A program made the position numbers and the translations under genes. DNA of 64,000 nucleotides from Antedon mediterranea (lineage: Eukaryota > Animalia > Echinodermata), in NCBI RefSeq assembly GCF_964355755.1, contig NC_092670.1, positions 16,540,795 to 16,604,794 of the forward strand, given 5' to 3'. The notes beneath the pieces were generated by a model that worked only from the letters and a program-made list of their open reading frames with translations, did not search any database and had not been told where the DNA came from. Shown in pieces: positions 52,401-64,000 of the stretch (the first letter of the stretch is position 1; each line of letters starts with the position of its first letter).

Positions 52401-55400
52401 TCGAATGAACGCCCTGCCACACCCATATACAATTTTTACTGTATATTATCACATTTTTTTTAATATCTAGGGGTATACATGTTACCATATTACACAAAAA
52501 AAAAACGCCTCCCCGAATAGATGCATCCCCCGAATAAACAGCTCCCTCAAATAGCCGCCCCCTAAAGATCCTCCTGATCAAAAAACGCCCCAAATACGGT
52601 AATTTCAACATGGTATACTAACCTCTATACAGGCTAGATGCATATCTTGTAGATAGCAGTGAACATCAGAGCACACTAGTTGTTCTAGTAGTAATGTCGA
52701 CATCTCTAAGGTCACAGGTCGGATCTTAGTATTGCTGTACTGACATGCTTGGCTCATCACTGTTATTAACTTTTCAATTAGCATCATGTTATAATACTGT
52801 TTATTCTATAAGGAAAGAAAGTATATAAATCACGTTAAAGACATTTTAAATTACTCTATATGACTAAATGTACAGTAGTTATGGAATTTGGTGAAACTAG
52901 GATGTGATATTAATATTATATTAGGTTTATATTAACAAACAAAGTCTTGTGTAAGTATATAGCCTAAATTAGGGGGTGGTAAAATACCCTTTTCACATCT
53001 GCAAAATGTAACATTATTGTATCCAGGTTAGTGCGAAGCCAAATTTGTTGAAAAAAAAACACACTGATGAAAGGCCTGTTTTTGTTCCAAGTTCTTACTG
53101 TACAAGTGTGTATTGCCCTGGTATTAAACTGACCAACTATGCTTTCCTTACAAGATTTCTCACGGTTCGCCTATGCGTGTATGAAAATGTGTAATAAATC
53201 AGGAGATCAAACCTGGTTACAAGTTGTACACATTTATGCAGATGTGAAAAGGGTATTATACTCAGATTACATTAATAACTCAAGTCTTGAGAAACCATTT
53301 AGCCTAAATAAGCGGGTGGGATTATACTCAAGCATGGGCTGGCCTAAACTGTCTGGTTCTCCGGAAAGTCTGGTATTCGGAATGTGTTTCTTATGATAAA
53401 AATGAAAAATGGATCTTTAAGAAAAGTCTGGTTTTGGGAGAGGTTCCGGTTTTCAGAAAGTCCGCTATTGGGAGACTTGACTGTACACAACTGTATGCAA
53501 GTTCCTTGGGCTTTTTCTACACTTTATCAACATGTTTATTATAAAATTATTAACTTATATTTAAAACGATGAAAACAAAACTATACATACTTCAGATTGA
53601 TTTGTCAAGCAGACACTCTCTAAGAGTGATCGTTTAATGCCTTGATTCGAACCAATAGCGTAAAGTAGACAAAGTGAGAACAACGCCGAGTAATCACTAT
53701 CTGCACACTTTAATGCTGTAAATATTGAGGCTAGGTACGGTCTAAGGAAAAAGATAAGCAAAATAAACATAAAGCTCTATCAAATTAAGTGAATATGCCC
53801 AAATATGGTAGTGATATACCCAAATATGGTACTGATATCATCATGTCCATATGGGCACATCACATTATTTTGTCACATAAAGTTTGATAGTGTAGACAGA
53901 GCTTTATACACATAATTAACAATGAATTGAAATAAAACATCTACAAAAGTGTAATTCAAATAATAAATTTATAGGTAACTTTTTTTTGTATGTTGATCAA
54001 ATAAAAAAAAAAAATTAAACACAGCGCCCTAAAAAACACAGCAGTGACGTCAGACCGTTTGCATGAAGAATACGTAATAACTGAATGATTGCAGTACACC
54101 ACACAAGTAGCTAAATTAAAAGATAAGTGTTAGATTATAAGTTATATGGTATAACCATTGAGAGCTCCAGACACAATAAAGCTTTGTTTGTAGAACATTC
54201 TGTAAACCAGCCATAGACAAACTTAATCATGCATTAAATTAAAAAGTTCTTAAAATGAGATACCGTAATCAAACGATTAACAAAATTTAAAAAAATTATT
54301 TTTAAAAAACAACGAAGAATGGTTTTCAACAAAGCTGTGGACCTCATATGCAACACCAGAGATTACAAGAACATGCTAATACAAATCATTTTGAATCATT
54401 TAATATAATCTGTTTGTGTGTGTGTTTGTGTGAAAAATATATGATAATAATTTATTTTTTTGAATAAATCAAAATCATATATTTTTGGAAAAAAAAGAAA
54501 CTTGATGAATATTTAATAAGAAATTTGAATGAAAATTAATATTTTAAGATTTTGAACCAAAATCTGATGGATTATAAAAAACTTAAGACATGTTGATAGT
54601 CTGTGGATAGTAACCTAGATAAACCAACTCAAAATGTATCCCAATAAAACGTGTGTTATATATTACAGTAGAATCCATACATAACACCAATTTTGAAACC
54701 AAACAAATTCTCCCCTTAATAGGGATGTCCCATTAAATAGGATTTGGCCATAATGTTGAAACATATTGCCCTTTATTCATTTCATATTAAATGATGTGTC
54801 CTGTCAAATACAACTAGAAACTCTGTTAGGGGCACAAGACCTAATAAAGTGTCTTATTAAGCCGTAGTATTGACCCTTGTTCTTTTTACAGAAGTATCAA
54901 CTTAATAGGGGTGTCACCTTAATGAGATATCTAAAAAGACGTTGTTTTTCTGAAGTTGGTTTATCAAGACTTCACCACTAGACAACATGTTTGGTAAGAA
55001 ATCTAACCAGACTGGCAAATAAACAATGATGAAGTATTTAAGCAGCGATTTAAACAATATCTAATTTCAATTCCACCTACCTCCGAATTTTTCTTTTGGA
55101 TGGAGGATGGAAAGTAATAAAGTTATCATTCAATTTTCAAGAAATATGTTCAGATTAGTGTTCTGTAATGTTCATGCTCATTCTATTAGTAACACTATTG
55201 CATTCTACTAAACAGTTTAGTAACCAGTGGCTGTATTCAACAGGTATACTGAGGCAAAACACTCTTAAAAACTCTTTTAACAAACTGAACACCACTTAAG
55301 GGAAATCCTCAAACACTTAATATTCAAGGGAAATATCTCACTTAAGCTTGGTTCCCACTAGGACGTAAATGCAACGTAAGCAAGTTGACCAATGGCAACC

Positions 55401-58400
55401 GACAGTTTGAATAATCCATCACTTTTGATTGGTCAAATCACTTACGTTGCGTTACGTCCTTGTTTTGCGTCTCTAGTGGGAACCAAGCATTAATTGTGAT
55501 TGGTGAATACACCCACTATTCCGCAACCCAGGTCTAGGTGCCTATTTGTGATCTCTTAATCACAATGTAAAAAAAAAATAATTTCATTTTTGTAGGCAAT
55601 GACACGAAAATATATATTTGGAAAAGTAAAGCAAATCTAGGCTACGGAACAGATAAGTCTGTTTCACACCTTCATTACAACCAAACAAAATTATAAAATA
55701 ATAACCCTTCTCTCACATTTGATTCAGTATATATTTGGTTTACTAAGGTGCATAATACATTGTAACATATATAGAAATTATTATAAAGATCTGTCTACAC
55801 TATCAAACTAGTTTGACAAAAAAAGTGTGATGTGCCCAAATATGGTATTGTTATGACATCATCGTGTACATTATATGAGCACATCACATTTTTTGTCACG
55901 TAAAGTTTGACAGTGTAAACAGAGCTCAAGTAATCTACAAAAAACTAATAACATTATTAATAGCAGTAAGTGATGTAAAATATGAACCCACTGACCTGTT
56001 AGCTAGTGTCATTTCAGTCTTACTTGTTACAGCTGCCAATGACTTCTCCTCATCTGTACAATTATTAACAACTAACGATACAGGCTGATTTGAATCTGTA
56101 GTATCACCTGCAAAATATAAGCACATCTATTGTATAACTGACACCCTAGGCTGCTTAAAAAACAAGCCATTACGATTGAAACTAGTATTTGACATAAAAG
56201 GGGTAGCTGACTATTATTAATAGCATTATTCCCATCTATACTAGGAAACACTTTATTTTTAAAACTTTTCTAGAAAAGTTTTCTAAAGTTTGCTAGTGTT
56301 GACGCTGATAAACTTGGGCAAACTGCAGAAAAATAGTTTGCAAAAGATAAGCAGTCCACCTTCTTAACCACCCAGTTTATTGATGCTTGTAAACTAAGCG
56401 AATCAAAGTCTACAGATTCCTGCAGATGGACACAATGACCGTTTTTGGTAACTAGCAAATATATTGTATTTTTTTTTGTATGTATTTTTCTCGTGTTTTT
56501 GAACCTTGGAATACAACTTACATTGAATTACAATTACCATGTATTTAACAATAAATTTAAACTTGTACACGTACCATAAAATTCCCTAAAAAGTAGCAAA
56601 CCCTGAGCTTACAACAACAACAAATTTCCATATTGTAGTAGTGTAAACAGGGCTTTAACATACAACTTTCCATTAATGGTAATTGTTAATAATAATTGCT
56701 TATTGTTTTTAAATATGCAAGAATGCAAACTAAAAAAAAATGTATTTATTGAAGACTTAAATTTACTTTTTTCGTCTGTATCTTTAGAGTCAGAGTGACT
56801 GCTACTACCCATTGGTTCTGGAATGGAATATTCTATTTTTTCAGTGGGTGAATCAACATCTCTGTAATTTGGTCTTCTTCGTGATTGGATTGGAGTACCG
56901 GCACTTTCTCTCACTTTCTCCATTGATTGCTCAAGAGAGATTTCTGGAGCAACAAATGCCCTCAATTTTCCATTTAAAATCTAAAATGATACAATATAAT
57001 TGTAGTGTGGATTTCAGTTTTATCAAACAGGCTTAACAATTATATTGCTTAAGTCAGTTTTGATATTGCTTAAGTCAGTTTAAAAAATAACCTAGACAAA
57101 TATTTTTGTGTAATTGTTTTATAAATTAATTCTATAATATAAAAAAACTGGTTTTATTAATGAAGCCTACATTTTCCATATACACTTCTTAACTATCTTC
57201 ACTTAGGCAAAACTGGGTATTTTAAATTCTTGTTTGATACCACCAGGTGTACTGCAAAGTCTGAGAACTTCAAATCTTCTTTGTTAACCAGCTCAGCATC
57301 AGTCACACACACTGTTCACAGGTTTTAATTAATTTGTAATACACCAAATAAACACCTATAGGACAACCAATCAACTCACTTGCAAGGGTCAATATGATTA
57401 TAATGCATAAACTTACTTCACATTCAATACCACTAATATCAGTAGGTTGTTGGGCTACTGTATCTTCATTACCATTGAATATAATATCAGCAAGTGTTGA
57501 CACAATTGGTTCATGTTTAAGGATTAGGAACACCTAAGTAAAAGAATGGTTAATGAAATCAAATAAAAAACGTGATGTGTCTAAATATGGTAGTGATATG
57601 CACAAATATGGTAGTGATATGACACATCATATTTTTTTATCACATGTCACAAGTTTGATAGTGTAGACAGAGCTTAAGACGCTGGAATAAGCTTATTATC
57701 AGAAATACCATGTGATCCTGTATCATACGTATATAAAGCTCTGTCTATACTATCAAACTAGTTTGACAAAAAAAGTGTGATGTGGCTAAATATGGTAGTG
57801 ATATGCCTAAATATGGTAGTGATATGACATCATCATGTCTATTTAAGGACACGTCACATTTGATACATAAAGTTTGATAGTGTAGACAGAGCCTAATGTG
57901 TGTCTACAAAAATTATTGAATAAAAGTTTAGAGCTTGACAGCGGCGCATACTGGCCCAGCATCAAAAGAAGGTATCAGTCACAAATTGTTTACTACAGTA
58001 GTTTTAAAACATTAGGCTTACTTGTGATAAAAGGAACAGTGAGACAACAGAGCTGATGTGAGTGTGATTATCCTGCTGTTTACTATCCTGTAATTTAAAA
58101 AGAGTAAAACAATTAATTTACAAGAAATATAAATAGAAGAAATAATATAACTATTGGAGTATATTTTGTATGAAATACCATGTAAGCTGTTTGAGAGAGT
58201 TTTTCCAATCTAAAATAATTAATAAGTTGATAATGTATTTAATGAGTCACCGACTATCAGAATATCTTCTATAGTTAGTGTATTTAACTAAAAGGTCAAA
58301 TAATCCAGATCGAGCAATTCAGATTACGAAAACATGTGGAAATAAAAATATACAATTTACACAGTTCTATTTTAAAAATTTCCAATCATAGTTCTGGACC

Positions 58401-61400
58401 TTTCCTGAAAAAATCGGCTTGTTACAAGAAATGTCCTGGTCTGCCTATACTTATGAACTAATGCTACTGACTGTTGTTACTTACCCATCAATCTTTTTAC
58501 TTACATTGACACTAAAGTAATACAAACAAGTAATGTACATACTTACCAAACTACCAACACCGTTGTTTCTAGTCAGTGAGTCAACATAAAGTGGAATGAA
58601 TAATCTATTAAGCAGGTGGTCAGTCAGAACATCATTAAGTCTTACAATCCCAAGCGATAAGATATCATTTACATAATGCAGGTGGTCCAAGTGTTCCGCC
58701 ACCAATGTTGACAAGCGGTCTTTGCTTTGATGACTAAAAAGAAAAATATTCGAGCACTCTTGGCTTAAGAAAAGTGAAGAAAGAAACTGAGATTTAACAC
58801 ACATTCCTGAAATGATCTCATCGGATGAAACTGCAGTTTAAATATGCATAATATTAAAGGCTAAGCTCTGTCTACACTATCAAACTTTATGTAACACAAA
58901 ATATGTGATATGCTTATATATGATTATGTCATATAACTAACATATTTGGGTATATCACTACCAAATTTGGGCACAATTTTTTGTTTGTCAAACTAGTTAA
59001 TACTTAATTTGAGTAGATATTCTAAAGATCTATCTACACTATCAATCTACTTTGACAAAAAAGTGAGTTGTGCCCAAATATGGTAGTGATATGTCCAAAT
59101 ATGGTAGTGATATGTCCAAATATGGTAGTGCTATGTCCAAATATGGTAGTGCTATGATATCCAGGTACATCACATTTTTGTTAGTGTAGACAGAGACTTT
59201 ATATGAACTTACTCAACATCATTCCTGACACAGTTGTCCAGATTAAGAACATGGTTACCAATAAACCAGACCAGATTTGAGAAGTAAGGAACAGCAGTCT
59301 TGTTACGTATGTACGTTTGCATTGCTTCATCATCAACTAAAATAAAAAATAAAAACAACTTGTGAATAAAAAAACTAAAATTGTTTTTTTTTTTTTAACC
59401 ATATTTAATGAGGGTGATCCATCCAGCTATTGCTGATCATTAGGGACCCTCAGAGGTTCACAAGACAAACATATACACAAGATGCTCTACATAAACAAAG
59501 TCTTATTACAAGTCTTTGGGAGTGGAGTAATTTGGTCCTTAGAAAAAATCCTGACATGTGACGGGACTTGAACCCAGGACCCTTAGAGTGGTAGCCAAGC
59601 ATCATAACCACCAAGCCACAACTCCACTCCTGTTGGCCCAAGTACACTTACAACACAATAAACACACAGATACCAAAACAAAGATACCAAAACAAAGATA
59701 CCAACCAAACCAAACCTATATATTGACAGTATTCCATGACATGAAATTGTCAGGTCTTCTATCATTGCTTTTCTGGTCGATAGTATTAGTCTAGGTTGTA
59801 GACAGGAATGAAGCTTTGAATTGAATTTTTTAAGTGTGGTCATGAATTTTGTTCTGGAGAACGGAGCGTTGTAAATGGTTCATCTGTTTCTTCTTCATTT
59901 TTTGGTTATCTTAGGACATTTAATGGATCGCTTTTATGTGTACTTTGTGGCCTTGTCTTCACGATCATATATCGACATGATGACATATTTGGGCACATCA
60001 AAATTGTTCTAGTTTGATAGTGAAGACAGAGGTTTAGGCACTATATAAGACTACCATATCATTATTATTAGTAAAAAGTGATATTAAGGTGTTACCTTTG
60101 TAAACATTGAGTGTGAGTGTCCTGACAGCAATGCGTACCATACTTTCAGAATGGTTGAAGAATTTGATGGCTTCTGTATATAATGCAAAATCATTTGTAT
60201 GCTGGGCGAAATAAGAAAAAATTAATGAATGAATTAATAAAACAATTTTTGTTAACAATCGTCAGAGGCCTAAAGGTCTGGCTGAGTCAAACTGTTGTAT
60301 GGTTGCTAGCTAGCATAAAACCATATTAACATAATAATATGTGTTTGTAATTGTCAATGTCGGTCTTCCTATTATTTTGAGTAACTTAAATTGCTTGTTG
60401 GAAATAAGCCGTTTCAGAATTATGGGTCATCCTGGTATGTTTTCTCAATGTTTATTGAAAATAGCAAATAAAACAAAGAATAAAATTTAACTAAACCATG
60501 GGCTAAAAACATTGTACAAAATCCACTCAACTCATCCAGCTACTATAGTACTAGACAAGATTCATAATATCTAGCACTAGTTGGCTCTACTTACCTCATT
60601 GTAGAAAAAGTGAATGGTGTGTGAATTCAACTTCAATGAAAGTGTCTTGAGAAATGATATGTAATAAGCCAAAACCTTAGAACAAGAACAACATGTTAGG
60701 ATACAATAAAAAAACCACTCAATCATTCATCAGTTTATTAATCATTTCTTCCATCTGCAATGATGCATTTTAATGTACTGGTACAGTAAACTGTACCAGT
60801 ATTTTCCCATTTGTGATATACAGTATTGTGATTCATTTGGTCTTCTGTTTGTGGTGTTTATATTGTATTTAATATTATGACAGGCAAGGACAATTTGTAT
60901 GTGTTTGTTCAAATCAACTGAAAGCAAATTAGGATGGCAAAAATTAATTTACCTCTTCATCTGAGAAATCAAACTTGTGAACAATGATTGAATTAACATG
61001 ATTGTTGGATAGAAGATAATCTGAAGAAAAAACAAATTGTATTTTTATCTAAATTGTTTAAAGTTATGGTCAGACACTACAAGAGTATTATATTCTAAAT
61101 TACATAATACAGTAGTACTGTAATCTCTTTATTGTCAACAAAAACAATTGACCAATGGTGACAAGGTACAGTATAGCCACCAGAGGTCACAGACAGAGGT
61201 ACAAATATGTACATGTACATATGTTTTTTCCACCATCTCTCTTTGGAACAAACTACCAGAAGAGGCTGTGGAGTCAACATCACTAGAGGGATTCCAAAAT
61301 GGTTAAAAAAAAACAAAAATGTAATACTATGAAACGTGTGGAACACAAAATTTAAGGAAAATTAGGAAGGCCGGCTGCAAAAAATGTGACCAACCCATGT

Positions 61401-63700
61401 GCGTCTATACTCAAATGAGGTTTTGCATAGTATAGGAAGAAGATGATGATACCTATTAAGATAAAACAAGCCTATCACCAACTAAATTTATGTACTTAAC
61501 ATAATTTACCTCCGCCAAGGAGGTATATGTAATCGGTAGCGTGTGTTTGTTTGTCTGTCTGTTAGCAGGATTACTCAAAAAGTAATTACAAGATCTTTAC
61601 CAAAATGAATGTACAGATAGATATGTGGTCAAGGACCATTCCATTACATTTTGGAACCATGGTCCCAATTCTGGACCACTTTTTAGTATATTTTTCAGAC
61701 CTGCTAGTGTTAAAAAATAGGACAGAATTTTTCAAAAGCCGGCGAGCAGTCTTAAAGTAACAAGTAAACTGAAATTGCATTTTCTCGAGAACTACTTGTC
61801 CAAAAAACTTCATTTTTGTACAAGAGACAAGAGTTATAATTTGTGATTTGTAATTTTAAAACATAATTTGATTTAATGTGCACTTTTTTTGATTCGAGTA
61901 GTTTAAAAAAACCTATTTCTTTTCAAATTCACTTGTTTGATATTCGCGTTGCTGTTCTATTGTTAGTCAATTGAAGCTAATTGTTAAAAGGCTGGTTACA
62001 TAACCATTAAACCAAACTCGCATACACATGCTTGTAGTGAAATTAGCCTAAATCACAAACAGCATTAAGACACACACAAATATATATTTTATTTTTACCG
62101 GAGAAATCTTATGTAGGAGAATTTTAAAGTAGGCGGAGGTATGCACTCTCGAAGTGGCTTTCTAGTTTGTTGAATTAAAAAATTACAAGTACTAGAGAAA
62201 AATAGTAAGCAGGATTATATGACAAACTAAACTCTCAACAAGTTGGGTTTCAAATGTTTATACACTCCATTAAAAAATATATCCACTAAAAAAACACATT
62301 TGGGAGCAATAGCTTACAAAGAAATATAAAACTTACACAGTGAAGTTTCATTTCTTATATTCTCAAACAGAATATTAAGTGTTTGCAGTAGTTGTACACA
62401 TATATATCGACTTGTTTTCTGCCTTAAGATCTTAAGGAAATATACCAACATGTTCTTTTCCAAAAAGAAACTGAAAATAAATATGGTATGTTAAAACATA
62501 TCTTATAAAAATATGTTTAAATACAACACACTATGTGGGAAATAGAATGTGCAACTATAGAAGCATGACATTATAAAAGTTTTTTTTTATTAAATTGTAC
62601 ATTATAGTGTTTAATCATTAAATCTACAACTTTGAGATCTATAGAACCCATTCTATTAAGGGGAAACTTTCATGAGAAACAAACGAGGGGAAATATATAT
62701 TTAAAAACTACTGTATAGCCGACCCCTATTCAGGGGACACTTTTTTGGACCCCTGAATATGTTCCCTTAGTAAGGGTTCTATGCTATACTTAATATTTGA
62801 AGGGGCCCACTTTGTTCGTTAGAAGCTTTAACATACTCAAATACAGAACTATCATTCTGATCTCCCCAGATAAGAATTTCAGAGATTGCTCTTAGTGTCT
62901 CTACTAATAAACTTCTATTGGAGTCGGTCACTACTGCATTCTTCATTAACACATGGTGTAGGTATCTGTAAATATAAAGAAATATCCAGAAAAAATTAAC
63001 AATTTTGCATATTGAAATGGTTATCTAAAAACATGTGTACAAATTGTCTCACATGACTGATTCAATGTATTATCAAAGATTAGAAAAAAAACATTAAATT
63101 ATAAATTAATTACACATAAAAAAATCAATTATAATATTTGCAATTACATAGGTTTTAAAACATTGGATACATTACTCTATAGTTTTAAAGCCTACTTTAA
63201 TTATGAATTTACAAAGATTTTACTATATTCTAGATATAGGTATATACACTATTAAGCAAGCCTGCTTAATAAAATCATTGTAGGCCTACAGTAGCATACT
63301 AAAAAGGATACAGTGTAGCCTAACTTTCATAATGATTTTTATTTTTGTTTCCTGTTTGTTGACCAACTATTATTTTAAATTAAAAAAACACATGAACCTA
63401 TTCTAGAATATAATACATGTATGTGATATGTAAAAAAACAATTAATGATAACCCAAGGCCATATACGCCAATGTTGCAAGCCAACTGGGGAAGCCGAGCA
63501 GCTCAGTCCATTAGAGATGCCTTTTTGGTGGAACCTAGAGGCCAGGCCTGGCCTGGCCCTAGCCTAGTAGGCCTACCAGCAGACAAAACATTTACCAATT
63601 TATTCCTGAAATGATGAACATACCTAAGATTTTCAAGTGAATGAACATTTTTAGGTTTAGAGTAACTAGATCCAAACCAATTTTTCTGTTTACCGAACAT
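26749..63700 (-). CDS. CLEC16A: CLEC16A (GOP-1/Ema) homologue, 23 coding exons, about 1193 aa
   Basis: Exons are 63624-63700, 62837-62965, 62337-62470, 60953-61020, 60595-60675, 60096-60201, 59213-59336, 58547-58733, 58022-58087, 57417-57533, 56767-56980, 55996-56107, 53591-53741, 52623-52805, 52032-52127, 51204-51332, 50381-50501, 40296-40341, 39020-39128, 38621-38783, 37993-38167, 27878-27927 and 26749-27692. All are GT-AG with consistent phases and sum to 3582 nt. Motifs include [76 protein letters not shown] and [16 protein letters not shown]. The 56767 donor and the last two exons are the least certain. Confidence 0.93.
30151..30343. mobile_element. Hairpin MITE
   Basis: AATTTATACAGACGAGCGGTAACGGTAA ... 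TTACTGTTACCGCTTGATTGTATAAATT inverted arms. Confidence 0.7.
31723..32185. repeat. Two local duplications (~86-bp and ~170-bp periods)
   Basis: CGTTTCTCAGCAACTAAAAATGAACAAACTT occurs twice, and TTGCAGCTAGGTAATCT...TTATAGGCC occurs twice. Confidence 0.85.
33003..33254. mobile_element. Dispersed repeat, copy of 5058-5300
   Basis: Direct sequence similarity to 5058-5300. Confidence 0.8.
36065..36245. mobile_element. Tc1/mariner-type MITE (CAGTCAA...TTGACTG, TA flanks)
   Basis: TA|CAGTCAACTCT...GAGTGTTGACTG|TA. A related inverted partial copy is at about 53350-53483. Confidence 0.75.
39323..39780. repeat. Minisatellite, 18-21-bp units (TGTCTGTTGTAGGGGTGATGA / TGTCTGTGGTAGCATGAAGA)
   Basis: Tandem array is directly visible. 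Confidence 0.95.
39779..40090 (+). mobile_element. Full-length tRNA-derived SINE with CORE-like centre and L2-type tail
   Basis: A-box TGGCGCAGGGTG, B-box GGTTCGAATCC, central TCCTTAGGCAAGATACTT...CCACCCAGGTG...TAAATGGGTACC, and tail AGCGCTATATAAGAATGAAC(TAT)n. Confidence 0.85.
41769..41870. repeat. 47-bp tandem duplication inside a Tc1-like MITE remnant
   Basis: AATAGGGTTGGCCATGTTACATATTTTCACATGTCAAAGTGTCTCTT occurs twice. Confidence 0.85.
42588..42760. repeat. Minisatellite (TTTTCACTGACCATA core, about 8 copies)
   Basis: Directly visible. Confidence 0.92.
43269..43973. mobile_element. Non-autonomous piggyBac-type element
   Basis: TTAA|CCCTTTCACTGC ... GCAGTGAAGGGG|TTAA shows a TTAA TSD and CCC...GGG termini. 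No ORF is present. Confidence 0.85.
44173..44360 (-). mobile_element. Deu-domain (DeuSINE/AmnSINE-related) SINE fragment
   Basis: The minus strand reads TAAACCGTAGTTCC...GTGCACGTTAAAGAACCTAG...TTTCGAGACGAGTAGGGAG, resembling the Deu/Nin central domain as recalled. Confidence 0.65.
45426..45930. repeat. ~23-bp C-rich minisatellite (CCACCCTTGATATATTCCCCTTT)
   Basis: About 21 units, G-rich on the CLEC16A sense strand. Confidence 0.95.
47398..47810. mobile_element. Three tandem copies of MITE family A
   Basis: TGTCTACACTAT...GTGTGATGTGCCCAAATATGGTAGTGAT...TTTGATAATGTA is repeated with about 155-bp period, including the flank ATG(A/G)CAATATTATTC. Confidence 0.85.
49270..49460 (+). mobile_element. 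Possible RTE-clade LINE 3' remnant
   Basis: Translates to [19 protein letters not shown], resembling the RTE ORF C-terminal GRPxxxWxDxI motif. It is degenerate. Confidence 0.45.
50643..50782. mobile_element. MITE family A
   Basis: AAGCTCTGTTCACACTATCAAAC...AGTGTAGACAGAGCTT. Confidence 0.85.
52350..52599. mobile_element. Tc1/pogo-type MITE related to 24574-24928
   Basis: TA|CCATATTTATTTGAATAAAC...CAAATACGG|TA with CGAATA(A/G)AC sub-repeats. Confidence 0.75.
52983..53257. mobile_element. MITE with long TIRs
   Basis: AATACCCTTTTCACATCTGCA ... TGCAGATGTGAAAAGGGTATT is a 21-bp perfect inverted repeat that extends imperfectly. Confidence 0.85.
55344..55490. mobile_element. Palindromic MITE (Harbinger-like)
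   Basis: GCTTGGTTCCCACTAG ... CTAGTGGGAACCAAGC with inner GCAACGTAAG/CTTACGTTGC arms. Confidence 0.85.
57736..57894. mobile_element. MITE family A (further copies near 37205, 53772, 55787, 57570, 58863, 59027, 59970)
   Basis: AAGCTCTGTCTATACTATCAAACT...AGTTTGATAGTGTAGACAGAGCCT with internal AAATATGGTAGTGATATG repeats. Confidence 0.9.
59556..59630 (-). mobile_element. tRNA-derived SINE head
   Basis: The minus strand reads GTGGCTTGGTGGTT...CCTGGGTTCAAGTCCCG (A and B boxes). The cloverleaf is not intact. Confidence 0.6.
61505..62168 (+). mobile_element. Non-autonomous Helentron/DINE-1-like element (HINE)
   Basis: It has a 5' subTIR TACCTCCGCC, a (TGTT/TGTC)n microsatellite, a 3' subTIR GGCGGAGGTA, a short 3' hairpin GCACT...AGTGG and a terminal CTAGTTT. 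Confidence 0.75.
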
Positions 63701-64000
63701 ATTTACGTCGATTTTTGAGATATTTTAATCAACTTCGTCTGATCGGTTCGACGACATCTTTGATTTTACAAAGCGAAAAAAAAGTAAATACGTATACTAC
63801 GGACGTAACGTAACACACAAAAACAAATCGATTAGATAGCTAGCTAGAGAGAGGACAGGTCATAATATAAAATAGAGGGCGACATTGTTAATTTTGAGAT
63901 TATCACAACACTTTTGTTTCCCATTATGTTTTGCATAAATAATAGGAAAAAAAACAGAACATAAACAATTAATCATTGTGATTTATAATAGACCGATTCA

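Noticed and set aside
56270-56458. Extra CLEC16A exon
   Set aside because: The flanking exons already join in phase, the acceptor phase is incompatible and there is no recognisable homology.

Overview
This is AT-rich, intron-containing eukaryotic DNA. It is probably from an invertebrate deuterostome, possibly an echinoderm (inference from the Deu-domain SINE, gene structures and composition). Six protein-coding genes can be read by hand. They are the 5' end of SMURF (-), CCDC166-like (-) head-to-head with LSM11 (+), an intronless linker histone of the oocyte-H1/protamine-like (H1.8/PL-I) type (-), an intronless SOCS of the CISH/SOCS1-3 group (+), and a complete 23-exon CLEC16A (-). The most notable signal is the order H1/PL-like - SOCS >< CLEC16A, which mirrors the human PRM/TNP2 - SOCS1 >< CLEC16A locus. 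STAT (TTCN3GAA) and NF-kB sites are enriched around SOCS, and more STAT sites lie in the two 10-kb CLEC16A introns. Other signals are tiny CANRG hairpins with 7-bp target duplications that look like P-element excision scars, GGCCTAG clusters just inside the first intron of SMURF, CCDC166, LSM11 and CLEC16A, and many MITEs, SINEs and satellites. All homology calls come from recalled family sequences, not from searches.
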